NCBI RefSeq assembly: GCF_028641065.1
Contig: NC_073380.1
Location: 88,908,001 to 88,972,000 of the forward strand
Length of the DNA stretch: 64,000 bases
Direction of reading: 5' to 3'
Origin: Leucoraja erinacea
Taxonomy: Eukaryota
Below, in pieces: positions 37,264 through 50,648 of the stretch. Below the pieces are notes generated by a model that ran no database searches, was not told where the DNA came from, and saw only the letters and a list, made by a program, of their open reading frames with translations. Both the position numbers and the translations under genes were made by a program. Position 1 is the first letter of the stretch; each line of letters opens with the position of its first letter.

Positions 37264-38777
37264 TTACTTCTGGTATTGCCTGTGTCGAACTTGCACGTTC
37301 TCTCTGATACAACATGGGTTTTTCCTGGGTATTCCATTTTCCCCCACATCCCAAAGATGTGCAGGTTGGTACGTTAATTTGCCATGTACTGCTCCTATTA
37401 TATAGGAGAGAGTTGATGGAAATCTAGAAAGAATAACATCGGAATAATGTAGGATTAGACTAAATGGGTGCTTAATGCTCAGCAAACAAATGGGCTGAAA
37501 GGGTCACTTCCCTGCTGCATGATGCTATATTGCCAATCCTTTACTGGCACTGGGTCTAAATTGTGCAACTTCCTCTCCAGAAGCAAAGTATGAAGAAAGT
37601 GGCTCGCCAACACATTTTCAAGGGCCAATATACCAGACAATAAATGCTGACCATGCCACATCCCAGGAATTAATTCAATAACACTTAAAGGCACATGGCA
37701 TGGTGGTGGGTTGTGGAATGGTATGGCTCAGCTTCACTAAATGGACAGAAGTCACCATCACATCTTGCTATCTGTATAGTATGGACAAAGGGAATAAAAT
37801 GGTTCTACCCACCAGATGGCAATCAGTTTGTACATAACAAAAAATGTTTACTCAGCTCTAAATCATAAGGGGTTAAGAGACCATGCAGACCCTTGAGCCT
37901 TCCCTGTTATTTAGTACGACGTTGGCGGTTCTGGTCTTTGGTCTTAGCTCCATTTTCTCATCCAATTCCCGTCACCTTTCGTTCCCCCGCAGTTGAATAA
38001 TCCATTAGCCTCAAATATATTAATTGACTCAATACCGTAGGAAAAAGATTTCCAAAGATTCACAACCCTGACACTGAGAATTTCTCCTCCAGCCTGTTGC
38101 AATGTTCCTGATTTGAAACAAAGTCAAGGCAAGGGAAGTTCTGTCCACCCAGGGTTAACATAAACACTTTCCTCGTTAAGAACAACCATTTCCTTCTTTG
38201 TAACAGGCATGTGCTCAACCAGATCCAATGTCTTCCGAGTTTTGGAGTTTGTTTCGAGGCAGCATGTTGGCATTCGTCCAATGGTGGCAGAAGTGTCCGT
38301 CTCGCCTGCTTCCTTCCTGCATGTGTCCACATCCTCACACCACAACAAAAGGCATGCTTTAGTTTCAGATTTCGAAATAAAATAATTCATGAATATCACA
38401 GTTTGAACTTTGCACACAAATGCGTTCGTTTTTAACGACTCAGGCTTCTGCTACATAAACATTTTTCTGTGCGGATAAAATAGAACAAAGTTGTGGCGGT
38501 GCTTTTAATGCTACATTACTTGGTATAATTGATCCTTCTCAGACCATCATCTCCAATATTGAGGCTCCAGTTATATAGAGTTGACTCCAATGGGCAGCCT
38601 AGCAGTTGACTATCTCGACAGCAGACTTCTATTCACAGCACACTATACTCCCAGCTCCGTCAGAAAGGAAGCAATTCAAGAATGTTTTCAAAGCATCCTA
38701 AAAAACTGTAATATCCCCACTGAGTCTGGGATACCTCTGACCCATGAATGTTCAAAATGACGAAGGAGCATTTGGGC

Positions 38778-39323
38778 CATAGAAACATAGAAACATAGAC
38801 ATAGAAATTAGGTGCAGGAGTAGGCCATTCGGCCCTTCGAGTCTGCACCGCCATTCAATATGATCATGGCTGATCATCCAACTCAGTATCCCGTACCTGC
38901 CTTCTCTCCATATCCTCTGATCCCCTTAGCCACAAGGGCCACATCTAACTCCCTCTTAAATATAGCCAATGAACTGGCTTCGACTGCCCTCTGCGGCAGA
39001 GAGTTCCAGCGATTCACCACTCTCTGTGTGAAAAAGTTCTTCTCATCTCGGTTTTAAAGGATTTCCCCCTTATCCTTAAGCTGTGACCCCTTGTCCTGGA
39101 CTTCCCCAACTTCGGGAACAATCTTCCTGCATCTAGCCTGGCCAACCCCTTAAAAATTTTGTAACTTTCTATAAGATCCCCTCTCAATCTCCTAAATTCT
39201 AGAGAGTATAAACCAAATCTATCCAGTCTTTCTTCATAAGACAGTCCTGACATCCCAGGAATCAGTCTGGTGAACCTTCTCTGCACTCCCTCTATGGCAA
39301 GAATGTCCTTCCTCAGATTTGGA
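38778..39323 (-). mobile_element. CR1 subfamily A 3' fragment with (TTTCTATG)n tail
   Basis: ORF 39014-39340; near-identical to 39395-39932. Confidence 0.92.
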
Positions 39324-39394
39324 CTGAAGAAGTGTCTCAACCCAAAACGTCACCCATTCCTCCTCTCCAATCCCGCTGAGTTACTCCAGCATTT

Positions 39395-41615
39395 AGAAAC
39401 ATAGAAACATAGAAATTAGGTGCAGGAGTAGGCCATTCGGCCCTTCGAGCCTGCACCGCCATTCAATATGATCATGGCTGATCATCCAACTCAGTATCCC
39501 GTACCTGCCTTCTCTCCATACCCCCTGATCCCCTTAGCCACAAGGGCCACATCTAACTCCCTCTTAAATATAGCCAATGAACTGGCCTCAACTACCCTCT
39601 GTGGCAGAGAGTTCCAGAGATTCACCACTCTCTGCGTGAAAAAAGTTCTTCTCATCTCGGTTTTAAAGGGTTTCCCTTTATCCTTAAGCTGTGACCCCTT
39701 GTCCTGGACTTCCCCAACATCGGGAACAATCTTCCTGCATCTAGCCTGTCCAACCCCCTTAAGAATTTTGTAAGTTTCTATAAGATCCCCTCTCAATCTT
39801 CTAAATTCTAGAGAGTATAAACCAAGTCTATCCAGTCTTTCTTCATAAGACAGTCCTGACATCCCAGGAATCAGTCTGGTGAACCGTCTCTGCACTCCCT
39901 CTATGGCAATAATGTCCTTCCTCAGATTTGGAGAGACAAAAACTGTACGCAATAATCCCGGTGTGGTCTCACCAAGACCCTGTACAACTGCAGTGGAACC
40001 TCTCTGCTCCTATACTCAAATCCTTTTGCTATGAAAGCTAACATACCATTCGCTTTCTTTACTGCCTGCTGCACCTGCATGCCTACCTTCAATGACTGGT
40101 GTACCATGACACCCAGGTCTCGCTGCATCTCCCCCTTTCCCAATCGGCCACCATTTAGATAATAGTCTGCTTTCCTGTTTTTGCCACCAAAATGGATAAC
40201 CTCACATTTATCCACATTATACTGCATCTGCCAAACATTTGCCCACTCACCCAGCCTATCCAAGTCACCTTGCAGTCTCCTAGCATCCTCCTCACAGCTA
40301 ACACTGCCCCCCAGCTTAGTGTCATCCGCAAACTTGGAGATATTGCCTTCAATTCCCTCATCCAGATCATTAATATATATTGTAAATAGCTGGGGTCCCA
40401 GTACTGAGCCTTGGGGTACCCCACTAGTCACTGCCTGCCATTGTGAAAAGGACCCGTTTACTCCTACTCTTTGCTTCCTGTTTGCCAGCCAGTTCTCTAT
40501 CCACATCAATACTGAACCCGCAATGCCTTGTGCTTTAAGTTTGTATACTAATTTCTTATGTGGGACCTTGTCGAAAGCCTTCTGGAAGTCCAGATACACC
40601 ACATCCACTGGTTCTCCCCTATCCACGCTACTAGTTACATCCTCGAAAAATTCTATAAGATTCGTCAGACATGATTTACCTTTCGTAAATCCATGCTGAC
40701 TTTGTCCAATGATTTCACCACTTTCTAAATGTGCTGCTATCCCATCTTTAATAACTGACTCTAGCAGTTTCCCCACTACCGATGTTAGGCTAACTGGTCT
40801 GTAATTCCCCGTTTTCTCTCTCCCTCCCTTCTTAAAAAGTGGGGTTACGTTTGCTACCCGCCAATCTTCAGGAACTACTCCAGAATCTAAAGAGTTTTGA
40901 AAGATTATTACTAATGCATCCACTATTTCTGGAGCTACTTCCTTAAGTACTCTGGGATGCAGCCTATCTGGCCCTGGGGATTTATCGGCCTTTAATCCAT
41001 TCAATTTACCCAACACCACTTCCCGGCTAACCTGGATTTCACTCAATTCCTCCAACTCCTTTGACCCGCGGTCCCCTGCTATTTCCGGCCAAATTATTTA
41101 TGTCTTCCTTAGTGAAGACGGAACCAAAGTAGTTATTCAATTGGTCCGCCATATCCTTGTTCCCCATGATCAACTCCCCTGTTTCTGACTGCAAGGGACC
41201 TACATTTGTTTTAACTAATCTCTTTCTTTTCACATGTCTATAAAAACTTTTGCAGTCAGTTTTTATGTTCCCTGCCAGTTTTCTTTCATATTCTATTTTT
41301 CCTTTCCTAATTAAGCCCTTTGTCCTCCTCTGCTGGTCTTTGAATTTCTCCCAGTCCTCCGGTATGCTGCTTTTTCTGGCTAATTTGTACGCATCATCCT
41401 TCGCTTTGATACTATCCCTGATTTCCCTTGTTATCCATGGATGTACTACCTTCCCTGATTTATTATTTTGCCAAACTGGGATGAACAATTTTTGTTGTTC
41501 ATCCATGCAGTCTTTAAATGTCTTCCATTGCATATCCACCATCAACCCTTTTAGAATTAATTGCCAGTCAATCTTGGCCAATTCACGTCTCATACCCTCA
41601 AAGTTACCTTTCTTT
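39395..41615 (-). mobile_element. Young 5'-truncated CR1 (HER1-like) LINE inserted in a pLTR fragment
   Basis: ORF2 pieces 41039-41593, 39922-41055, 39491-39952; TSD CATTT at 39390-39394 and 41616-41620. Confidence 0.95.
39922..41055 (-). pseudogene. CR1 ORF2 reverse transcriptase domain (frameshifted at both ends)
   Basis: KSPGPD, NYRPVSLTS, QHGF, YLDFQKAFDKVPH, SGVPQGSVLGP, FADDTKL. Confidence 0.93.
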
Positions 41616-42107
41616 CATTTTGTGTCTACCTTCGATTTAAACCAGCATCTGCAGTTCTTTCGTACACAAGGAGTATTTGGGATTGCACTGAGAAATGTGA
41701 TGTTGCATCGACGGAGAACACTTAAAGGAAGATCAAAAATATCACCTCACAATCTATCCACTTCACTGTATTACAGGGGGTCATGACAGAAGCCTCCTCC
41801 TCACCGGAAACGACAACAATATGCATTCTGTGAGGCATCGCGCAACCAATTCTGTCAACGTGTTGGACGATGACAGAAACAAACAGCAAGCTATACGTCG
41901 CCTGATACACGAGCGAACAGTATTACATAGCCCAGAATCTATGGGACCCACTTTAGCCTCATCATCTGTTTCAGTGCTTAGAATAGTTCAATCATCCTTG
42001 ATTCTTAGGCATAGCTCATAGTGCTGCTGCCTCATAGTGCTGGAGACCCATGTCCAATCCTGATCTCTGGTGCTGGCTGTGTGGAGTCTTTTGTGACCAT
42101 GTTATCA

Positions 42108-42352
42108 TGGTCTTTACTCAGAGAGTGGTAGCTGTGTGGAATGACCTTCCAGTGGAAGTGGTGGAGGCAAGTTCAATTTTATCATTTAAAAATAAATTGG
42201 ATAGGTATATGGATGGGAAAGGAATGGAGGGTTATGGTCTGAGTGCAGGTAGATGGGACTAGGGGAAAATCAGTGTTTGGCATGGACTTGTAGGGCCGAG
42301 ATGGCCTGTTTCCGTGCTGTAATTGTTATATGGTTATATGGTTATATGGTTA
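42108..42352 (+). mobile_element. CR1 subfamily B 3' end nested in a V-SINE (42015-42520)
   Basis: FTQRVVAVWNDLP and (ATATGGTT)n tail; SINE core on both sides. Confidence 0.85.
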
Positions 42353-43741
42353 TTTTTGCCCAGGTGTTCCAGTTTCAACCCACAACCAAAAGATGTGCAA
42401 GTTGATCAGTTAATTGGCCACTGTAAATTGCCTCTAGTGTGGTGGAATATGAGGGATTTAACGAGAATGTGGGAGGAAAAATGTGTTTAATGTAGGATTC
42501 ATGTAAATGGGTGGTGCAGAATTAGAGTCGATTACATTATGACCCATGGATTGTGTAAGAGGATTATGTAATCACGCATTTTAACTATTGTATTTACTTT
42601 GGAGAAGATTAGAGTTAATTTAATAAAGTTGTTCAATTTGAAAAGATTCTTGACAATGTAAATGAAGGGGAATTAATTCCAACAGCAAGTCAATTGCTAA
42701 CCAGGGAAAATAGATAAAGGGAACTGACAAATGAAGCAGAGAAGAGATTAGCAAGATTTTAAATATGAAGTGCTGTTATGATTTGCAAGACTGTTCTTTG
42801 AATGTTTAAAAAAGATTATTTAGACTAATTTAGTCTCATTTAGTGAGAATTATGGAAGCTAAATATAATTGAGTCATGCAGCGTGGAACCAGGCCATTCA
42901 GCCCGCCATGTCCATGCTGACTATCAAGTACCCATCATACTAACCCTGTTTCCTAACACCTGGACCATAGCCTTTTATCCTTTTTGATTTAAGTGTTTAT
43001 AAAAACATTGAAAATAGGTGCAGGAGAAGGCCTTTCAGTCCTTCGAGCCAGCACCACCATTCAATGTGATCATGGCTGATCATCCAATAGCAGTACCCCC
43101 TTCCTGCTTTTTCCCCATATCCCTTGATTCCGATGATTCCAATGTATCTAGATGCTTCATACATTTCTATGCCAACCTTCAGTGTGTGTGTTTCAGATTC
43201 CAACCATCCTCTAGAATAGAGTCTAGAATAGATGAAAGAATTCTTCCTCAGATCCCTTCTAGGTTTTCTACCTCTTACCTTAAACCTGTGCCCTCTGGCT
43301 TTGAAAATCCGTGCTATTGAGAAATGTTTCTAACTATCTGCCCCACAATGCCTAATATACATCCATCAAATCCCCTCTCAACCTGCTGTTCACCAAGGCA
43401 AACAAACCCAACATCTCTAGCCTCTCCTCAAAGCTGAAACTCTCCATCGCAGGCAACACTCTGATGAAGGACACTAAATATTGGCGTAACTCAGAGGGAC
43501 AGGCAGCATCGTGAGATAAAAGGAATGGGTGGCGTTTTAGGTCAAGACTTTTCTTCAGACTGAGTCAGGGGAGAGGGAATCACAGAGATAAGGGAGTGTA
43601 AGATATCAAAAGAGATGAAGATTCAAAGAAAATTGAGAATAGATCATTGTTAGCTACAACAAGGTGACAACAAGTCAAACAGAGATAAAATGTAATCAGG
43701 GAATAGTCAGACTTGACCCAAAACTTCACCCATTCCTCCTA

Positions 43742-44100
43742 TTGGACAGGCTAGATGCAGGAAGATTATTCCCGATGTTGGGGAAGTCCAGAGATAGGGG
43801 TCACAGTTTAAGGATAAGAGGGAAGTCTTTTAGGACCGAGATGAGAAAATCATTTTTTACACAGAGAGTGGTGAATCTGTGGAACTCTCTGCCACAGAGG
43901 GTAGTTGAGGCCAGTTCATTGGCTATATTTAAGAGGGAGTTAGATGTGGCCTTTGTGGCTAAAGGGATCAGGGGGTATGGAGAGAAGGCAGGGATGGGAC
44001 ACTGAGTTGGATGATCAGCCATGATCATATTGAATGGCGGTGCAGGCTCGAAGGGCCGAATGGCCTACTCCTGCACCTATTTTCTATGTTTCTATGTTTC
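43742..44100 (+). mobile_element. CR1 subfamily A 3' end splitting a pLTR fragment (inverted pLTR pair 43468-44190)
   Basis: LDRLDAGRLFP...; pLTR cacccattcc resumes as tatccagagatgctgcc. Confidence 0.88.
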
Positions 44101-44739
44101 TATCCAGAGATGCTGCCTGTCCCGCTGAGATACTCCAACATTTTGGGTCTGTCTTCGGTGTAAACCAGCATCTGCAGTTCCTTCTTAAACAACTGATGAA
44201 TTCTCTTTACCCTCTCTACACTCAATTGTTTGCAACTCTTGGAATAATTATCATCCCTTTATTCCTCCTGATCCAGGCTTTCTCACTCTTCACTTTCACA
44301 CCCATCCTTGCAGACCCTCTATTGCATGAGCAATCATCCACTGGCTCTTTTGTCTGGTTGAGCATGTGATGGGTTTGCTCCAAGGCTCAAAGGAGGCATG
44401 AAAAATTCACTGACTCCAGCCCTAATGCTGAAGTAACTCTGGAGCCAGTAAATCAGAAAGGTCCATACGTCAACTTTCCAAAGCAATGCCCACCACCACC
44501 TGCTGCAGTCAGAGGAGTGGGTGGCTGATAGACGACACTGTAACACTGGATCGTTCCACTCGGCAGCGCGGGCTGGGTAAGTGCAGTGGCTCAAGAGGGT
44601 GACCCACACACACCATCACTAGTGCTTGAAGGGATGGACTACAAATGCTGACTGTTGCCCAAAACATCACCTATTCCTTCTCTTCAGAGATGCTGCCCAT
44701 CCAGGATTATGTGTCTATCTTCAGTTTAAACCAGCATCC

Positions 44740-44955
44740 GGTGACTTTAAGACTTTTGCCTCCATCATAGTGAGGAGGTGCCTGGTGAACTCACTGTGGT
44801 GGATGTTAATTTGTGTTTATTGTGTGTTTTGTTATTTGTTATTATATGTATGACTGCAGACAACGAAATTTCGTTCAGACCGAAAGGTCTGAATGACAAA
44901 TAAAGGAATCTAATCTAATCTAATCTAATCTAATCTAATCTAATCTAATCTAATC
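44740..44955 (+). mobile_element. 3' end of hairpin-bearing retroposon with (CTAAT)n tail
   Basis: Stem 44761-44803, GAAA-tetraloop hairpin 44874-44893, AATAAA, (CTAAT)n. Confidence 0.65.
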
Positions 44956-44956
44956 A

Positions 44957-45451
44957 TTAGTTTAGAGATACAGCACATACATAGGCCCTTCAGCACACCG
45001 AGCCCATGCCGACCAGCAATCACTCTGTACACTAACACTATCCTACACACACTAGAGACAATTTACAATATTACCGAAGTCAATTAACCTACAAAACTTG
45101 TACGTCTTTGGATTGTGGGAGGAAACTGGAGCACACGGAGCAAACCCACATGATCACAGGGAGAATGTGTGAACTGGATACAGACAGGATTGAACTGGGG
45201 TTTCTGTCACCGTTGCATCACCATTCCACCTCCTAATAATTATGTATTACTCAGCATTAATAATACTTCATTTCATGGATGGGACTGTTCCCATTGCAGG
45301 CAAGTGGTTTTTACTTGAAACTGAGAGATAAGACAACAAGCCATGGCTATTGCCCGAATATCTTCCTCTCTAAATAGCATCCCACTCAGCTTTCAAGTAA
45401 CAGGAGTGATCAGGAAATATCCATAACAAGCCCCTTATTTTAAGCACAGTA
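44957..45451. repeat. Copy 2 of the ~495-bp duplication
   Basis: Aligns to 36107-36600. Confidence 0.9.
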
Positions 45452-46344
45452 TTTTGCGTATTATCCGCAGGGCTAACAAACAAGTAATATTCAGCCTCCA
45501 GGATGCCACCTCCTTTAGTTATCTAACCTTCAAACTTCAGTTAAGAGTGACAACTCACTGACAAAGTTATACTTTAGTTGGGCACTTCCTTGAGTGACAC
45601 AAACAATAAAGCTTTTTTTCAAAGAGGGACATTATAAAAATTAGCTGGACACCAACATTTCACTCAGGCGGACTGGGGATCTACAACACGAGAAGCTCTA
45701 CCCAATTCCAAATATCAGCCCTTTAATAGCTCCTGCACTTCACTTCCTCCACTGAATTCCACAAATGTAGCATTCTCTGTGTAACACTACAGTTACTCCA
45801 ATGTAGCTAAACCAGCAACACTGAATCATTCCACCATCAATGCAACAGAATTAATGTTCAATGACCGTTGCCTCAATGCTGAAGGCATCAGTATTATTGA
45901 GAACATGTATGTTAATGCCATGTGCTTACTCCAGTACAAAGGATTTATTTAAATCATAATACCCAGGAACAAACTGTTTCTATTCCACCTGTAGTGGTTT
46001 GCTTCTAAAGTGTTTTTTTACTCATATTTCCAACATTTTTTTAACTTTCATTTCTCACTCTTCCTCTCTCTTTCCCTGCTTCCATTCTTCTTTTTGTATA
46101 TACACCCTTTCCATGTAAATCATCTTCAAGTAATGAGTTTCCCCTCCTTCTCTCAGTACCATCACCAGCACTTGTGCCATTCAGTGCCCCTGGTCTACAA
46201 CCCTATCTCAGACACTTATTTTATCCTCCTCACCCCCAACCACTTTCTTTTAAGATCCCTCTGGAATCATAGAACCATACAAGCTCACAGCACAGAAGCA
46301 GGCTGGTTCTATCTTCCAGGACCCCCAACAGTTGGACTATGTCC

Positions 46345-46637
46345 TTTTTTTAGTTTCATTTGGAGATGCAGCGCGGAAACAGAATCTTCGGCCCTCCGAG
46401 TTCACGCCTACTGCCAATCCCCGTACATTAACACTAACACAGATTAGGAACAATTTATATTTATACCAAGCCAATTAGCCTGCAAACCCTTAGAGTGTGG
46501 GAGGAACCCGGAGATCCCGGGGAAATCCCACGTAGATCACGGGGATATTTGTACAGACTCTGTACAGACAGCCAATATTGAACCCGGGTTTCTGGTACTG
46601 TAAGGCAGCAACTCTACCACTGAGCAACAGTGCCACA
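46345..46637 (-). mobile_element. V-SINE
   Basis: Tail, V core and head in reverse. Confidence 0.75.
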
Positions 46638-46937
46638 TCTTTTCTTACTTCGAGCAGGATGTGCAGAAGTCCCCCACCATCAGGTTCTGGAACAGTTACT
46701 TCCCTATGACTATCAGGATCTTGAGCCAACCCTCCCAACCCTAATCCTATCTCAGCAAAGAAACATAATCAACTATCATGCTTTTTTCTGTTTTCTAATC
46801 ATGTTTTGCGATAATTTCTTGTTTTTTTTTTAAAGAGGGACATTGTGAAGTTTAGCCGGACAGAACATTTCTCTCAGGCAGATTGGGGAATGACAACACG
46901 AGAAGCTTGTTCTTACAGAAGCTATGTGTGATTTATC

Positions 46938-47610
46938 CTGGGGGTCAACATCTCCGATGACCTCTCTTGGACCCACAATACCTCAACTCTGGTCTAGAAG
47001 GCTCACCAGCGTCTCTTCTTCCTGAGGAGACTGAAGAAGGTTCATCTGTCTCCTCAGATTCTGGTGAACTTCTACCGCTGCACCGTCAAGAGCATCCTTA
47101 CCAACTGTATCACAGTATGGTATGGCAACTGCTCTGTCTCCGACTGGAAAGCACTGCAGAGGGTGGTGAAAATTGCCCAACGCATCACTGGTTCCTCGCT
47201 CCCCTCCATTGAGTCTGTCCAAAGCAAGCGTTATCTGCGGAGGGCGCTCAGCATCGCCAAGGACTGCTCTCACACCAACCATGGACTGTTTACCCTCCTA
47301 CCATCCGGAAGGCGCTACAGGTCTCTCCGTTGTCGGACCAGCAGGTCCAGGAACAGCTTCTTCCCTGCGGCTGTCACACTACTCAACAATGTACCTCGGT
47401 GACTGCCAATCACCACCCCCCCCCCCCCGGACATTCCTCCCACAGGAAAAACATTATGACTGTATGCATGTAAATAGATTTATTTATTGAAATCATATTC
47501 TATGTCGCTCTTCCAGGGAGATGCTAACTGCATTTCGTTGTCTCTATACTGTCCACTGACAATGACAATTAAAGTTGAATCTGAATCTGAATCTGAATCT
47601 GAATCTGAAT
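46938..47610 (+). mobile_element. Rex1/Babar 3' fragment
   Basis: NFYRCTVKSILTNCITVWYGNC...LPSGRRYRSL...RNSFFP; (CTGAAT)n tail. Confidence 0.9.
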
Positions 47611-48129
47611 GTAAATGCATATTTGTATTTGTTGTCCTCTAAATTTCTCCCCTTTAAATTTAAGCCTCTCTTCTTTATCTCCATAAATAATGCTGAGAAT
47701 TCTCAACATTTTCATTTTTTTAATTTCAGAATTTTGGCACCTGCAGATTTTTATTTTTCATTTCTTAATAACTTGGCCCTTCTTTCCCTGGAGCATGATA
47801 AATAAGCTACATTAAGTGAGAGAAAAGGATTAGTGACTGCCCTTGTGCGTGTACAGTTTACAGTTATTGGCAATTGTAAATTAATCTATTCAATGGAACA
47901 TTACATGAAATCATGCAAATTAAGTGAAATTCCCCAGTGCAATTACATTAAGAGCCCTACACTGAAGTAACACTGTCAAACAATATCCTAATGAAACCGA
48001 TCTTGTATTCTCACTGCAAAGACTCTGCTTTATGGGCTTTGAAAAAGAACACAGGAAGTATAAAAAAGTTAATAAACAATCATTCCCAGTTTTAATTTTT
48101 TTGAGTTTTAAGTTCTTTAAGTTTTATGA

Positions 48130-48428
48130 GGTTTAACTATTACTTTGGAGATACAGTGTGTAAACTGGCCCTTCGGCCCACCGAGTCCATGATGACCAGG
48201 GATCGCGCCATACACCAACACTGTCCGACACACTAGGGATCATTTCCAGAAGTCAATTAACCTACAAACCTGTTTGTCTTTGGAGTGTGGGAAGTACCCA
48301 GAGAAACCCTACACGGTCGCAGGGGAGAAGGTACAAGTGTAGCACAGACAGTACCCATAGACAGGATCATGCCGGGTCTCTGGCGCTGTAAGGCAACAAC
48401 TCTACTGCTGCGTTACAGTGCCGCCCAT
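48130..48428 (-). mobile_element. V-SINE
   Basis: Same architecture as the other copies. Confidence 0.75.
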
Positions 48429-48553
48429 AAACCACCATTCCATCGGTATCCCTTTGCATTTGAAATAGAAGATATGGCTTCAAGATTGACTCTAGAATTT
48501 GAGATCAACATCAGATCTGATCATCTACATGAACATTCATAAACAAGCCGCAC

Positions 48554-49548
48554 ATAACCATATAACCATATAACAATTACAGCACGGAAACAGGCCATCT
48601 CGACCCTTCTAGTCCGTGCCGAACACGTATTCTCCCCTAGTCCCATATACCTGCGCTCAGACCCTAACCCTCCATTCCCTTCCCATCCATATAACTATCC
48701 AATTTATTTTAAATGATAAAAACGAACCTGCCTCCACCACCTTCACTGGAAGCTCATTCCACACAGCTACCACTCTCCGAGTAAAGAAGTTCCCCCTCAT
48801 GTTACCCCTAAACTTCAGTCCCTTAATTCTCAAGTCATGTCCCCTTGTTTGAATCTTCCCTACTCTCAGTGGGAAAAGCTTTTTCACATCAACTCTGTCT
48901 ATCCCTCTCATCATTTTTAAAACCCTCTATCAAGTCCCCCCATAACCTTCTGCGCTCCAAAGAATAAAGCCCTAACTTGTTCAACTTTTCTCTGTAACTT
49001 AGTTGCTGAAACCCAGGCAACATTCTAGTAAATCTCCTCTGTACTCTCTCTATTTTGTTGACATCCTTCCTATAATTAGGCGACCAAAATTGTACACCAT
49101 ACTCCAGAATTGGCCTCACCAATGCCTTGTACAATTTTAGCATTACATCCCAACTTCTATACTCAATGCTCTGATTTATAAAGGGCAGCACACCAAAAGC
49201 TTTCTTTACCACCCTATCTACATGAGATTCCACTTTCAGGGAACTGTGCACAGTTATTCCCAGATCCCTCTGTTCACCTACATTCTTCAATTCCCTACCA
49301 TTTACCATGTACGTCCTATTTTGATTTGTCCTGCCAAGATGTAGCACCTCACACTTATCAGCATTAAACTCCATCTGCCATCTTTCAGCCCACTCTTCCA
49401 ACTGGCATAAATCTCTCTGTAGACTTTGAAACTCTACTTCATTACCCGCAACCCCACCTATCTTAGATCATCTGCATATTACTGATCCAATTTACCACAT
49501 CATCATCCAGATCATTGATGTACATGACAAACAACAGTGGACCCAACC
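48554..49548 (-). mobile_element. CR1 subfamily B fragment
   Basis: ORFs 48889-49401 (WQMEFNADKCEVLH, LVRPILEYGVQFWSP) and 48657-48914; (ATATGGTT)n tail. Confidence 0.92.
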
Positions 49549-50225
49549 CAGACAAGAGGTTTTGGTCAATGACAAAAAGTTTGGGCAAAATGGAAAGTCT
49601 TAAGGGAAGTGGTGGGAGGCTTTAGGAAGGGGATTTCAGGGCATGAATGGCTGAATGTATGGCTGTCAGTGATTATTTCAAGGTGAAAGAATTAGAAGGG
49701 AGCAGACAAGAACTGGAAGGAAGCAGACATTAAACCAAGTCTCAGTCCATCCACTCTGTCTATGTGGTTCTGTTTTGCTGAAGAGCAGGAAAGCTGCAAC
49801 TAATATATATTTCTCAGCCGAACCCATTAGAAAAAACCTTAACGATTGGTGATTATTGTACTGTTTGTCAGAGATTCCTGAAACTTCAAAGCGCATACAA
49901 TTTGAGGTTTGTCAGTGTTATTGACAATCCTATTTTCCATATCACCACAGTGACCACACTTCCGAAGTACTTTCTTGGCTGTAAATTGCTTTGGGACGTC
50001 CTGAGGTGGGGAAGTTTACTGCAGTTACCTAGAGGAGTCCATCAGGAATCAGTCATGTCTATTGATCCATCAGTGACATCAAGTCGATTTAATTAGGAAA
50101 TTAGGAGGTGTTCCAAAAAGTCTGTCAATACTTTCATTGGAACTCTGAGCAAAAACGTTTGAAGATAGCCAATGTGTAAATGGTGCTAGGAACAAAAAGA
50201 GAATATAAGTGAAGTTTAACTGGCA

Positions 50226-50648
50226 AGATCATTGGTGCCCGCTCCCTGCCATGGATGCCCTCCACCGAAAATGGTGTCTGAGACGGGCTGGGAAGATCAT
50301 CAAAGACCCCTCACACCCCAACCATGGACTGTTTGCCCTCCTCCCATCAGGGAGGCAGTACAGGAGCCTCAGGTCACGTACTAGTAGGATGAGGAACAGC
50401 TTCTACAATAATACAATCACATTGCTGAACTCGGAGTCCCGCCGATAGATTTCTCCGGTCCCTCCGTCCCCATTGTTTAATTATTCTGTATTTTTTGATT
50501 ATTCTGTATCTTCTCTCTTTTTTTTAATTTTTTTTAAAATTTCTTTATGCACAACTACTACGGACTGACGCAAAACTGCATTTTGTTGTACTCATACTTG
50601 TATTTGTGCGATAACATTAAAGTTGAATTGAATTGAATTGAATTGAAT
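50226..50648 (+). mobile_element. Rex1/Babar 3' fragment
   Basis: KIIKDPSHPNHGLFALLPSGRQYRSL; (TTGAA)n tail. Confidence 0.85.

Noticed and set aside
44452-44582. Good splice donor GG|GTAAGT after short open frames
   Set aside because: No convincing acceptor or recognisable peptide; such 6-mers occur by chance in 64 kb
44908-44955. (CTAAT)n array resembling an interstitial telomere
   Set aside because: Not TTAGGG; it is the microsatellite tail of a retroposon
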